Shown piece by piece: positions 39,097 through 51,511 of a DNA stretch of 64,000 bases. Under the pieces are notes generated by a model. The model made no database searches and was not told where the DNA came from. It saw nothing but the letters and a program-made list of their open reading frames with translations. Origin of the DNA: Basidiobolus meristosporus CBS 931.73 (lineage: Eukaryota > Fungi > Basidiobolomycota); assembly GCA_002104905.1 (NCBI GenBank), contig MCFE01000486.1:1-64000 (forward strand), given 5' to 3'. Positions within the stretch are counted from its first letter, which is position 1. Each line of letters begins with the position of its first letter. A program made the translations under genes and the position numbers.

Positions 39097-41537
39097 TATT
39101 GTAAAATTTGTAACTTCACCTAAATATTCACCTAACTTAGTCACTTAGATTATTACCTTCATATCCTAGGGAATGCTGACCAAATTCCTTTTTGTGATTT
39201 ACTTGGAATATTTTCTCCAATATATCAGGTACTCAGAACATGAAAGTTTTCAAAGTTGTCCAAACACCCCCAAAACTTATACACATGTTCTTGGGGCCTT
39301 TCTAAACCTATTCTACAGGTTTATTATGCCAAGACCATGTAAAAGTATAAATACTACTTTTATATTCAATAAATGATCAAGTGAAGACAACAGTATCTAC
39401 TTGTTCTCCCAATCACTTCCAACAGGTTATGAGCCCCATGCTGCCACTCTCTGCCATGCTGATTACTACTATTACTGAAATTTTTCCCTCTGCTGAAAAG
39501 CTGGGTGGATCTAACTACCAAGTGGGCAAGGTGAAGATGAAGATGCTGCTACAAGAAAGAGGCCTTTGAGATAATGTCATGGGAGGAGAATGACCTCCTA
39601 AAAGCATGGGAGAGGAACTCTTAAAGTACCAGAAGAAAGAACAAGGTGCCTTTAATGCATTTGCCTCAATGTTGAGCATAAATTGCTAATTTAATGCTGC
39701 AGAGCAAAAATGGCAAAAAAAGCCTGGAAGGCATCAGAAGACACCTACCAGTCATGTTCAGCTGCTAAGAAAATACATCTTAGACAAAAGTTGCTTACTA
39801 CAAGGATGCTCCCATGCAAAGGAATGAAAAACCTAATTAACAAAACTATCCTATTAGTGGATGAGACAAAATCTCTGGACGTGCCAACTACTGATGAGGA
39901 TGTAATAATAACCATCCTGAATAGCCTGACAGATTGATCTCCAAGCTAATTTGGAGCACTGTGAAGCGTGTATATATGGGAAACAAGATAGACAGCTGTT
40001 CAAGAGCTCTGGGCTAATCAATACTAAGAAAAAATTAGATCTAATTCACTCAGATCTGTGTGAACCAGGATAAGATATGTAATCATGTTTATTGATAATT
40101 ATACAAGATACATGTGGGTCTACTTTATGCAGAGAAAGGAAGAAGCTCTGTGTAAGCTCAGGGAGTTTAATGCCATAGTGGAGAGAGAAATTGGCAAGAA
40201 TATTAAGAAAATATGCTCTGACAATGGTGGGCAATACACCTCAAAACTCTTCATCCACTTCTGCAAGATTCATGGGATAAATCAAGAGACTATTGAACCA
40301 TACTCCCTATAGCCAAATGGAGTAGCAGAATGTGCAAACAGATCAATAATTGAAATGGAAAGATCTATATACCATAATCAAAAATTATCCTATGATTTCT
40401 GGGTGCAATCAGTTACCACAGCTGTATGCCTTAAAAATAGGAGTTGTAACAGACTACTTTGTGATTCTACACCATTTGAAGCATGGTATGGATACAGACC
40501 AAGTGAAGAACATCCAAGAATGTTTTGGTGTACAGCATATGCCAAGAAACTGCCTGGAAATCAGTCAATATCTGAGCCAAAAAGTGTAAGTGCATATTTC
40601 TGGCTACTGCAATGAGAGTAAAGCGTACAGGCTCTACTGTACCAAAGCAAGAAGCTGACCAAGTGCAGGAATGTGTTGTTTGATGAATACTCAAGATTTT
40701 CAAGAAAATGGCAATAGATGATGACAAAAGTCTGATCCCAAGTCCACCAATTGTCAGGATTGATCTAAAGCAAAACAATGAAGATTCTTTCACTCCAGAG
40801 AACTCTATAGCCATGTGTCAGCCTGAAGCAGAGCCTAGTTAAATCCCCAAAGTGATCATTGCAGTATCAAATGCCTGGAGAACCAACCAAAGAAGAAATA
40901 GCCCAAATCACTATATCAATGAGGGTACAAATTTAGCCTATGCCTATTCAGTCCATATTAGTGAGCCTCAGACTGTATAAGAGGCCCTGAACCACCCTCA
41001 GACAAAGTTTTGGAGATCTGCATTGACTGAGGAATATCAGGTGCCAATGGAGAATCAAACTTGAGTCTTAGTCAAATTACATATCAACCAAATTCAATTG
41101 GATGCAGATGGGTCTTTAAGACAAAATACAAGGCTGATGGTACATTTGAAAGATACAGAGCAAGACTTGTAGCCAATGGATATGCTCAAACAAAAGAACT
41201 TGACTATACTGAGACCTTTTCACAGGTAGCTGGGTTTGATTCCATCAAACCAGCATTGACTATTGCAGCCAAATATGCGTTTTTATACATCAAATAGATA
41301 TAAAAACTGCATTTTGAATGAAGAACTTAATGTGGACATGTATATGGACCAGCCTGATGTGTTTGCTGACCAAGATGACCCCCATTTGGTAAGCAAGCTT
41401 AAATAGTCTCTGCATGGATCCAAATAACCACCAAGAGCCTGGAACTGCAAAATAGATTTTCATTTGGAATCTTTATGTTTCAAAAGTAGTAATACTGACC
41501 ATAGTATATACTATAAGCCAGACTGTAAACTGGCAAC

Positions 41538-41886
41538 TGTTGTAAAAATTTGTATTTCCACCTAAATATTCACCTAACTTAGTGACTTAGATCATTACCT
41601 TCATATCCTAGAGAATACTGACCAAAATCCTTGTTGGGACTGACTTAGAATATTTTCATCAGAATACCAGGTACCCAGAACATGAAAATTCTCAAAGTTG
41701 TCCAAACAGCCCCAAACTTTGCACACATGTTCTTGGGACCTTCCTTAACCTATTTTATGTATTTGTAATGCCAAGACCAGGTAAAAGTATAAATACTACT
41801 TTTACATTCAATAAATCATTAAGTGAAAAACACACAATCTACTTGTTCTCCCAATCACTTCCAATATCTCCAAGACTCTTACAACA
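41538..41886 (+). mobile_element. Solo LTR with 5-bp TSD GCAAC
   Basis: tgttgtaaaa...cttacaaca flanked by gcaac on both sides. Confidence 0.9.
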
Positions 41887-42371
41887 GCAACTACCCTAAT
41901 GGATATAAACCTTAACTTGGTCAAAACTCAACCAAATCAAGAGAGCATGGTGTCATCTGAAAGCCCTGACTTTCCTTATGAAACTGTGGTTGACAGTTGG
42001 ATATATACCATGCTTGCAGTATGCCCAGATATCTCATGGTCAGAACTATGGATCTGGTCATATTGCGGCAGTTAAGCAGATTTTCAGCTACTTAAGGAAC
42101 TGCTGATATCTGCTTAAGATACACTTATAGGGACTCAGAATAGGAGCTTGTGGGATTCTCTGATGCTTAATGGGGACAAAATTTAGAAGACAGAAGATCC
42201 ACCACAGGATCCACCATTCTTTACTATAAAGGAGCAATATCATGTAATTCACAAAAGCAGCCAACCATAGCACTTTCTACCACAGAGGCAGAGCATATGG
42301 CAGCCTGTGAAGCTACAAAAGAAGCTATATGGTCAAGGAAGCTTTTTAAAGATTTAGACCAATGTCAAATA

Positions 42372-45300
42372 TGTTGTAAGAGTCTTGGAGATATTGGAAG
42401 TGATTTGGAGAACAAGTAGATTATGTGGTTTTCACTTAATGATTTATTGAATGTGAAAGTAGTATTTATACTTTTACATGGTCTTGGCATTACAAACACG
42501 TAGAATAGGTTAAGGAAGGTCCCAAGAACATGTGTGCAAGGTTTGGGGCTGTTTGGACAACTTTGAGAATTTTCATGTTCTGGGTACCTGGTATTTTGGT
42601 GAAAATATTCTAAGTAAATCCCGACAAGGAATTTGGTCAGTATTCTCTAGGATTTGAAGGTGATGATCTAAGTGACTAAGTTAGGTGAATATTTAGGTGG
42701 AAAATACGAATTTTTACAACACTCCCACTCAGCTAAATGTTCATACTGACTAGTCCTAATTTTGACCTAAAATATTCAAACTTGTCTTTAGCTAATGGTT
42801 TGGTAAATATGTCTGCAATCATTTCATCTGTAGGACAGTAAACTAAGCTAACTAAGTTATTCTCTATAGCTTCACGTATGAAATGATGTCTAATATCTAT
42901 GTGCTTGGTTCTAGCATGAAAAGTTGGATTTCTATCTAATTGTATACATCCTTGATTATCTTGAAATAAAGTAATAGGCGTTTTTTGACATAGGCCTAAA
43001 TCTGCAAAGAGCTTTCTTAACCACATTGCTTCTTTTGTAGCTTCACAGGCTGCCATATACTCTGCCTCTGTAGTAGAAAGTGCTACGGTTGGTTGCTTTC
43101 TTGAATTCCATGAAATGGCTCCTTTACAGTAAAGAAAGGTGTATCCTGTGGTGGATCTTCTGTCTTCTAAATTTCGTCCCCAATCAGCATCAGAGTATCC
43201 CACAAGATCCTGTTCTGAATCCTTATAAGTGTATCTTAAGCAGATATCAGCAGTACCTTTTAGGTATCTAAAAATCCGCTTAACTGCTGCAATATGATCA
43301 GATCCATAATTCTGATTATGTTGGCTGACAACTCCCACTGAATATGAGATATCTGGACGTGTTCCAAGCATGATATACATCAGACTGCCGACCATAGATT
43401 GATAAGGAAAGTCAGGGCTTTCAGATGGCACCAAGCTCTCTTGATTTGGTTGAGTTTTGACCAAGTTAAGGTTTGTCTCCATTGGGGTAGCTGCCGGTTT
43501 ACAGTCTTCCATTTTGTACTTCTTTAGTATATCTTGAATATACTTGGATTGGCTTAGGGTAATAGTCTGGGTACTTCTGTCTATGGAGAACTTAATCCCT
43601 AAGTAGTAACTAAGTTCTCCTAGATCGGACATCTTGAACTCCTTAGATAGGCTGGATTTAGTCTCTTCCAATGTTTCTAGGTTATTGGCGGCTATAATAA
43701 GATCATCCACATATAGAGCTAATAGAACTGGATTTGCTCTATCTGGCTTATAGTATATACTATAGTCAGCATTACTCCTTTTGAAACTCAAAGATTCCAA
43801 ATAAGAATCTATCTTGCAATTCCAGGCTCTCGGTGATTGTTTGAGACCATATAGTGACTTTTTAAGCTTGCAGACCAAATGGGGGTTATCTTGGTCAACA
43901 AACCCATCAGGCTGGTCCATATACACGTCCTCATCAAGTTCTCCATTCAAAAATGCAGTTTTTACATCCATTTGATGAATAAAAAACTTATATTTGGCTG
44001 CAATAGCCAATATTAATCTGATGGAATTAAACTTGGCTACCGGTGCAAAGGTCTCAGTATAGTCAAGTCCTTTTGTTTGAGAGTAACCTTTGGCTACAAG
44101 TCTTGCTTTGTATCTTTCAATTGTACCATCAGCCTTGTATTTTGTCTTAAAGACCCATCTGCATCCAATTGATTTTTGGTTGATTGGTAATTTGACTAAG
44201 TCCCAAGTTTGATTTTCCATCAGGGCCTGATATTCCTCAGTCATTGCAGATCTCCAAAACTTTGTCTGAGGGCTATTTAGGGCCTCTTTTACAGTCTGGG
44301 GTTCATCAACATGGACTGAATAGGCATAGGCTAAGTTTGTACCCTCATTGATATAGTAATTTGGGCTATTTCTTGTCCGATTGGATCTCCGGGCATTTGA
44401 TACTGGAATGATCACTTCTGGGATATTCCTGGGCACTGATTCTGGCTGAACCACGGTTGTAGAGTCCTCTGGAGTGAAAAAATTTTCATTGTTTTGCTCT
44501 GATTCAATCCTGACAATTGGTGGACTTGAGATCAAATTTTCGTCATCATCTGATGTCATTTTTTGTGAAAATTTTGAATTTTCATCAAACAACACATCCC
44601 TGGACTTGATCAGCTTCTTTGCTTCGGTATTGTAGAGTCTGTATGCCTTACTCTCATTGCAGTAGCCCAAAAATATGCATTTTACACTTTTTGGCTCAAA
44701 TTTTGACTGATTTCCGGCCAGTTTTTTGGCATATGCTGTACACCCAAATATTCTTAGATGTTCTGCACTTGGTCTGTATCCATACCATGCTTCAAATGGA
44801 GTAGAATCACGAAGTATTCTGTTATAACTCCTATTTTTAAGATATACAGCAGTGGCAACTGATTCCGCCCAAAAATCATAGGATAATTTTTGATCATGGA
44901 TCATAGATCTTGCCATATCAATTATTGATCTGTTAGCTCGTTCTGCTACTCCATTTTGCTGTGGGGAGTATGGTACAGTAGTCTCTTGCTTTATCCCATG
45001 AATTTTGCAGAAGTGGATGAAGAGTTTTGAGGTATATTCTCCACCATTGTCAGAGCGTATTTTCTTGATTTTTTCACCAGTTTCTCTCTCCACCATGGCT
45101 TTAAACTCCCTGAGCTTAGACAGAGCTTCTTCCTTTCTCTCCATGAAGTAGACCCATGTGTATCTTGTATAATCATCAATAAAAGTGATTAAATACTTCA
45201 TCCCGCCTAAGGATAAATTTTGCATAGGTCCACACAGATCTGAGTGAATTAGATCTAATTTTTTCTTAGTTTTGATTAACCCAGAGCTCTTGAACGGTTG

Positions 45301-47058
45301 TCTGGCTTGTTTCCCATATATGCAGGCTTCACAGTGCTCCAAATTAGCTGGGGGATCAATTTTCACTCCAGAAATTAGCTGATCTTTGATCATTTTACGC
45401 AAATAATCAAAATTGATGTGTCCAAATCTCCTGTGCCAAAGCATTGGTGTTTCTTCATTTAAGTTACTTATATTGGCTTCCAGATATGATGGAATATAAG
45501 TCAACTTGTATAGGTTCTGATCTCTGATGCCCGAAGCAATATGAGCACCATTTTGATCAGTGATCCTGCATCCAGAATTGTCAAAACTGAAACTGAGTCC
45601 TTCTGCTGTGGCCTTGCTTACAGAGAGTAGGTTCTTGGCTATTTCTGGTACATAGAGTACTTCTTTAAAGGTCAGTGTATGGCTTCCTTCACTGCTTCTA
45701 AGGTTTACTTGGATAGTTCCTTCTCCCACTGCATCAAGTGTTCTATCGTCACCCATGAAAACCTTCTTAATTGGAATTTCTTGATATTGGGTAAAAAGTT
45801 CTTTTTGGTGTGTAAAGTGTTGAGAAGCTCCAGAGTCAATATACCACGTCTGAGAATCCTTGTTTGTGGTCATATTTAGTGCAGATATGAATAGTCTATC
45901 TTCAGTTGTTGCAGCATTTCCATATTCAGGCTTCTTTTGCTGATAATCTCTCTTTTTGAAACACCGGTCTGATGTGTGTCCTTTCCTTTTGCAGTAGTTG
46001 CAAAATAGGTTGCTGTTGCCTTTGTAGGGTCTTGGGTACCTCCTTTGTTGGTTATCATTGCTTATTAAAGCATTTTCTTCTTCCTTCTTATTGGCGCTTG
46101 ATTTTCTTAATTCTTCATCCAGGAGCCTTCCATATACGTAATTTAAGGTCAAATCTTCAGTTCTGGACTCTAGGGCTGATACAAGGCCCTGAAACTCGTC
46201 TGTCAGGCTATTCAGGATGGTAACTATCACATCCTCATCAGTAGTTGGTACGCCCACAGATTCCATCTCATCTACCAGCAGGGTAATTCTGTTAATTAGA
46301 TTTTTCATTTCTTCTCCTGGCAGCATCTTTGTAGTAAAGAATTTTCTTCTCAGATACATTTTCTTGGCAGCTGAACATGACTGGTAGGTGTCTTCTAATG
46401 CCTTCCAGGCATTCTTTGCCGTTTTTGCTCTTGAGCATTGAATTAGCAATTTGTCCTTGACATTAAGGCAAATGCAGTTAAAGGCACTTTGTTCTTTCTT
46501 CTGGTACTTTAAGGCTTCCTCTCCCACGTTTTTAGGAGGGCATTCTTCTCCCATGACAATATCCCAAAGGCCTCTTTCTTGCAGCAGCATCTTCATCTTC
46601 ACCTTCCACACTTGGTAGTTAGATCCATCCAACTTTTCAGCAGAGGGAAAAATTCCAGTAATAGCAGTAGTAGACATTGCAGAGAGTGACAGCTTGGGGC
46701 TCATAACCTGTTGTAAGAGTCTTGGAGATATTGGAAGTGATTTGGAGAACAAGTAGATTATGTGGTTTTCACTTAATGATTTATTGAATGTAAAAGTAGT
46801 ATTTATACTTTTACATGGTCTTGGCATTACAAACACGTAGAATAGGTTAAGGAAGGTCCCAAGAACATGTGTGCAAAGTTTGGGGCTGTTTGGACAACTT
46901 TGAGAATTTTCATGTTCTGGGTACCTGGTATTTTGGTGAAAATATTCTAAGTAAATCCCGACAAGGAATTTGGTCAGTATTCTCTAGGATTTGAAGGTGA
47001 TGATCTAAGTGACTAAGTTAGGTGAATATTTAGGTGGAAAATACGAATTTTTACAACA
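42372..47058 (-). mobile_element. Intact Ty1/Copia LTR retrotransposon (LTRs 42372-42721 and 46709-47058; TSD AAATA)
   Basis: 350-bp TG..CA LTRs with 2 mismatches seen by eye. PBS at 46696-46708, PPT gagtgggag, and an uninterrupted gag-pol. Confidence 0.97.
42733..46836 (-). CDS. Copia gag-pol polyprotein (gag, CCHC knuckle, protease, integrase, RT, RNase H); true start may be the MSPK at the PBS
   Basis: CNYCKRKGH, WYIDSGASQH, LWHRRFGH..CEAC, IHSDLCGP/SDNGGEY/NGVAER, LYVDD and GYSDADW/TEAEY/DNQG/ADIFTK, in Copia order IN-RT. Confidence 0.97.
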   Translation of the reverse strand: MFVMPRPCKSINTTFTFNKSLSENHIIYLFSKSLPISPRLLQQVMSPKLSLSAMSTTAITGIFPSAEKLDGSNYQVWKVKMKMLLQERGLWDIVMGEECPPKNVGEEALKYQKKEQSAFNCICLNVKDKLLIQCSRAKTAKNAWKALEDTYQSCSAAKKMYLRRKFFTTKMLPGEEMKNLINRITLLVDEMESVGVPTTDEDVIVTILNSLTDEFQGLVSALESRTEDLTLNYVYGRLLDEELRKSSANKKEEENALISNDNQQRRYPRPYKGNSNLFCNYCKRKGHTSDRCFKKRDYQQKKPEYGNAATTEDRLFISALNMTTNKDSQTWYIDSGASQHFTHQKELFTQYQEIPIKKVFMGDDRTLDAVGEGTIQVNLRSSEGSHTLTFKEVLYVPEIAKNLLSVSKATAEGLSFSFDNSGCRITDQNGAHIASGIRDQNLYKLTYIPSYLEANISNLNEETPMLWHRRFGHINFDYLRKMIKDQLISGVKIDPPANLEHCEACIYGKQARQPFKSSGLIKTKKKLDLIHSDLCGPMQNLSLGGMKYLITFIDDYTRYTWVYFMERKEEALSKLREFKAMVERETGEKIKKIRSDNGGEYTSKLFIHFCKIHGIKQETTVPYSPQQNGVAERANRSIIDMARSMIHDQKLSYDFWAESVATAVYLKNRSYNRILRDSTPFEAWYGYRPSAEHLRIFGCTAYAKKLAGNQSKFEPKSVKCIFLGYCNESKAYRLYNTEAKKLIKSRDVLFDENSKFSQKMTSDDDENLISSPPIVRIESEQNNENFFTPEDSTTVVQPESVPRNIPEVIIPVSNARRSNRTRNSPNYYINEGTNLAYAYSVHVDEPQTVKEALNSPQTKFWRSAMTEEYQALMENQTWDLVKLPINQKSIGCRWVFKTKYKADGTIERYKARLVAKGYSQTKGLDYTETFAPVAKFNSIRLILAIAAKYKFFIHQMDVKTAFLNGELDEDVYMDQPDGFVDQDNPHLVCKLKKSLYGLKQSPRAWNCKIDSYLESLSFKRSNADYSIYYKPDRANPVLLALYVDDLIIAANNLETLEETKSSLSKEFKMSDLGELSYYLGIKFSIDRSTQTITLSQSKYIQDILKKYKMEDCKPAATPMETNLNLVKTQPNQESLVPSESPDFPYQSMVGSLMYIMLGTRPDISYSVGVVSQHNQNYGSDHIAAVKRIFRYLKGTADICLRYTYKDSEQDLVGYSDADWGRNLEDRRSTTGYTFLYCKGAISWNSRKQPTVALSTTEAEYMAACEATKEAMWLRKLFADLGLCQKTPITLFQDNQGCIQLDRNPTFHARTKHIDIRHHFIREAIENNLVSLVYCPTDEMIADIFTKPLAKDKFEYFRSKLGLVSMNI

Positions 47059-47469
47059 AAATAATGCCTATTACTTTATTTCCAGATAATCAAGGATGTA
47101 TAGATTTAGGTAGAAGTCCAGCTTTTCATGCTAGAACTAAGCTCATAGATATTAGACACCATTTCATATGTGAAGCTATTAAGAACAACTTAGTCAACTT
47201 GGCCTACTATCCTACAGATGAAATGATTGCTGATATAATCATCAAACCATTAGCTAGAGACAAGTTTGAATATCTCAGGTCAAAATTAGGACTAGTGAAT
47301 ATGAGTATTTAGCTGAGTGGGAGTGTTGTACAAATTTGTAATTCTACCTAAATATTGACCCAACTTGTCACTTAGAAAATCACCTCCAAATCCTAGAGAA
47401 TAATGACCAGAATCCTTATTGGGATTCCCTTAGAAAATTTACACCAGTATCTCCAAGACTCTTACAACA

Positions 47470-50400
47470 AATATAAGCCTACTCTTCATCAATACACTCA
47501 ACAGCTTCATAGATCTTCAATGTATTTTGACTTTAAGGCTTGGGTATAAACACAACAGTCTATCCCTCCCATGCTATGTTAGATTTTTCTGCAGGCTTTA
47601 TTGTTGGGCACTGTTGTTGTGCTTCAAAGGCCATACCATGTTCCCCTATTGTCACATTGAGAAATGGCTCAACTCGTAACTGTGATATTGAGCTACTTGA
47701 GCTCCTTCTTTGCAGTAAAGATACTGCAGTCTCTGCTTGGGGTACTGATTGCTCTACATGTATTATCCTCTTATCCTGTCACTGGACTATTCCCTGATTT
47801 CTCTGGGCTTTTGCATCTGTCCATCAGTCACTGCAACTAATTGCCTCATTGATGATTTGGCATGAGCTAACAACATAGTTGCCAATACTGGCAGTGGTGA
47901 TGTTACAATGGCTACTGTACCGCTTCTTGCTTGGGCAGACTGCTTTCATTGACCTATCCATTGTCCTCTACCATAATCACTGCCAGATGTGTTACTGCTA
48001 CTTTGCCTGTATGCTGCTTGCAATGTGCTAGGAGTTTCATAGGTAAGTACAGCACTGCTGCATCTGTTTCTGCCTGCTTGTCCTTTAATAGCACTCTTCT
48101 AGCTATCAGACATCTTTCTGCCACTTGATCTCAGCTTTGACAGGGATTGTGACTGATTCATGAGGCAGCTGCTGGCTTTTAGCTATGACAGCCTTGTACT
48201 TCTGCTTTGAAAGTTTCTGCTGTTCTTGCAATATTTGGTTAGCATATCATTGCTGGCCCAAAATGAGCCCCCTACTGTGAAGAGGTCACATAAGTCCATT
48301 AGAGCTTACTTATCTAACTAGATGAAAAAAGTATGAATAAAGCTTGCTGAACCTTGTGATTTAGTGTGTGTCTCAACAAAATTAAGATTGTGTCTCAGCA
48401 AAATTAAGATTCAACAATTCTGTTCTAGTTTCCATTCAAGCTTAGCATATCTAGCACTCCCAGGAACACCAAGCCTAAATTGCATAGCAATCCAACTCTG
48501 TTGCCATTATAGCCAAACCATGCCCTATGCGAGACTAACATCCAATCAGAATCTCTCTGCTAATATTTCAGCCACTCTCTGACAATTCTAGGACTCTGCA
48601 CTTAAGGTTTGCACTTCTGGTTAAAATAACAGAGCTGGTGCTCCAATGTCACCCAATGAAGTATATGGATTGTCTTTTTTAGGTCTTTTTTGAAATATGT
48701 CATAGGTTTTACTGCAGTGCCCAGTGCCTAGCTCATGTAAGCACCAGCAATACTAGTGAGTACATCCAGGCAGTAGGTGGGTAGTCTTCAACCTAGATTC
48801 TAATAAGTAGTGACTCTTCTACACATGGCTTTCCCTACTGATTCTAGACGTACCTGGCAATCTTTTCAACTTTGAAAATCCATTATTACCCAGTGATGCC
48901 TTTATATGGGCACTAGACTGTTGTGCTTGCCAAGCATATAGATCCTGCTCTTTGACCATATGTGCTGCTCTTTACCTATATACAGCACTTAATATTGGGG
49001 ACTCTGGGCAGTGCAGGCTTGCATATATATCTCACTATGGCCAAAGGTTGCTTTCAGCTAGCAATCAAGAAAGCTTGAGACACAAACTGTGTGGGTTATT
49101 ACTGACTGTACTTGGTGAGTGGGAGAGCTTGTAGGTCAAGTCAGTACCACTTGGTTCAGAATAGCTTCCAATAGGAGGTAGTAAGGTAATAAAGACTTGT
49201 GTTTATTTTGTCCCAAATCTCCTTGTTCTCTTGCTTGGTTCAATTGGGTAGATATATATCACTTGGGGGCTTAGATAATAGACAATGTGTTATAAAATAG
49301 GGGTGTGAACACCTTCCTATTATGGTAAGTGTTCTAACTAGATAAGGGCAGGGATAGGAGGGAGGGCACGTGGGGGAATCATAGGGAGGATACTGGGGGA
49401 CTTTGGGTAGGACTCTGGGGAGAACTCTTGGGTGAAGAGTGGGTACTGCATTTAGTACTCACAAACTGCAGTCATTTATAAATATAACTCATTCATATCT
49501 TTCTTCCTTTGAAAGTATCAGCAAGAGCTGAGGTGAAAAGGGGTTAGTAAAGCAGCTAGTTAGTCAAGTGAAGCTCTGTAAGAAGATAAGATCAGAAAAG
49601 ATCAGCACAATACTGTAATACTGTTAGCCAATTGCTAAGTTTTGCAACCCTTAATATATGAGATACTAAGTATTTGACAAATAGGTATTTCTGTCTTCCA
49701 ACAGATGAGTGAGCCTGCCAGCATTCATACCAAATATGTTAAACAACTACTCACTACTCCCACCAAAAGTTGCACCTCCAAGTTTAGAGAAAAAACACTG
49801 GGTGAATGCCAGCAAAAACCTGAGAGAATACCATCAAAATACTGGCAAACTATCAGATGGACTTCCTGTTAGAGGTTTTTGATAGGGACTATGTCTATAA
49901 TGCTCAATAATAGAGGTCAAGTGAGCAAAGACTTGAAAACATCTGAAACTGGCAAGTGTGCATGGATGCTCATTAGTAGCTGTCAGGACAAAGCTAGCCT
50001 ACCACTAAATTTTTTGTTTTCATATTACACAATGTGGACTCATAACTTTTGTAGCCAGCATACACCATAGAGGCAGTGTCCTGGGGTAAATATTAGTTTT
50101 GGCTAGTTGCAACTATTAGATGTAATTTGCTGTAGCATGATTATCACTGGGCATTTGCATTGATCCTAATCTAGTAATCTGCTTAGCCTATGCACACTAT
50201 ATTATGGCTGCTAGCTAGTAAAGTTATTTACAAGTTCTGGAAATAGCATCCTAGCCACCCTTGACATATGTATTGCTGAATATACTTCTATGTCATCATG
50301 CCACTGCTCTCACTTAAGATTGTATTACTCACCTCCTTACTTTGTTAGCTAGAACTTGCTGCTACTAGAATATTTAATATTAAGGCATGTATACAAGCTG

Positions 50401-50550
50401 CCAGCTGAGGGATGATGATTTGGGGCTGTTGCTGTTTAGGTAGATAAAGGGTCTGCTAATGGCCTGTACTTGAGCAAGCTGATAAAATTTTGATAGTGCA
50501 TTGGCCTTACCAAACAAATGGCCATTGATGATGAGCTTCAAAAATAGGAC
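47470..50550. other. Unclassified CpG-depleted TE-derived relic
   Basis: Very few CG dinucleotides and no intact ORF; family not recognised. Confidence 0.3.
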
Positions 50551-51511
50551 CATTACAACCGTGATTACTCACTTGTTAGAATTCACTCACACATATCTGA
50601 GAAACCTTACTTCTCAATCAATGGCAGGTCTTCTTTGCTGAAAGCTAACGTCTCCTGATAACAGGCTCCCAACCACTGAGCACATAGCTTGTTGGTATAA
50701 AATATCTGAGATTAAAAATATGGGATTGGTGCAACAAGCAAGAGGAAGGAAAGCTGGGTGACCACGTGGCAACTTCCCTCATGAAATTGACAACCTTCTG
50801 CCACTTTCTCTATGCCACTCAAGCTACTAATTAATTATTAATAATGGAAACAGTACTAGCGCGTATGACACCAACAGCGGTAGCAGCGGTAATAGCAGTG
50901 CTGGGAACGGAGGGACTAGCAATGGTGGTAATGACGGGAATGCAGGAAACAGGGCTGGAGGCTGTGATTCTGAAGGTGGTGGTGCCGGGGATAGAGGTGC
51001 TGGCATGGAAATGATAAATAAGTAATGGCAATAACGATGTCAACAAAAGCGGAGGCCAGTGTAACTAAAATGTAACATAGAATTGTTTGTAACTCAGTAA
51101 AGTATCTACCATTTCAATGGCCCCAGGATTCAGGCCAACATGCACTGGTGTACTCAGTATATACTGCTTTTCATGATTCTATTTGGCTCTCCCAGATTAT
51201 CCAAAATAACAGCATAGATAAACTGCTGCTTACGACACTCTGTAACAGGCTGCACTTGAAACAACAGCATATGTAGCCTCGGAAATGCTTGGCATTCCTG
51301 GTATCGGGTTTTGCAGTCAGAAATACATATAACAATAACCATGCAACTTTTGTTCGTTTATTAGTCAAAACAAGTAAAGCCATATTTCTTTGGGTTATCC
51401 TTGCATAAGTTACTAAAATGTACTTAGGCACTGTGCGTAGTGGTCTTCGTTTCATACAATCAATCTGGACAGAAGCCAGGCACCAGAAATCCATTGGCAG
51501 TGTTTACATGA

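Larger units (their letters stand above)
39097..47469 (+). mobile_element. Decayed same-family Copia (5' LTR 39097-39424, PBS ggttatgagcccc, gag/IN/RT remnants, deleted 3' LTR 47324-47469) hosting two later insertions
   Basis: Colinear homology to the intact element in the opposite orientation. The RNase H sequence resumes at 47064 exactly where it broke at 42371. Confidence 0.85.

Noticed and set aside
46709-46836. Polyprotein N-terminal extension starting inside the LTR
   Set aside because: Probably an incidental open frame; homology and the decayed copies suggest translation from the ATG at or after the PBS.
39092-47474. TSD for the plus-strand host Copia
   Set aside because: The flanks (aatta vs aatat) do not match exactly, so no TSD is claimed.
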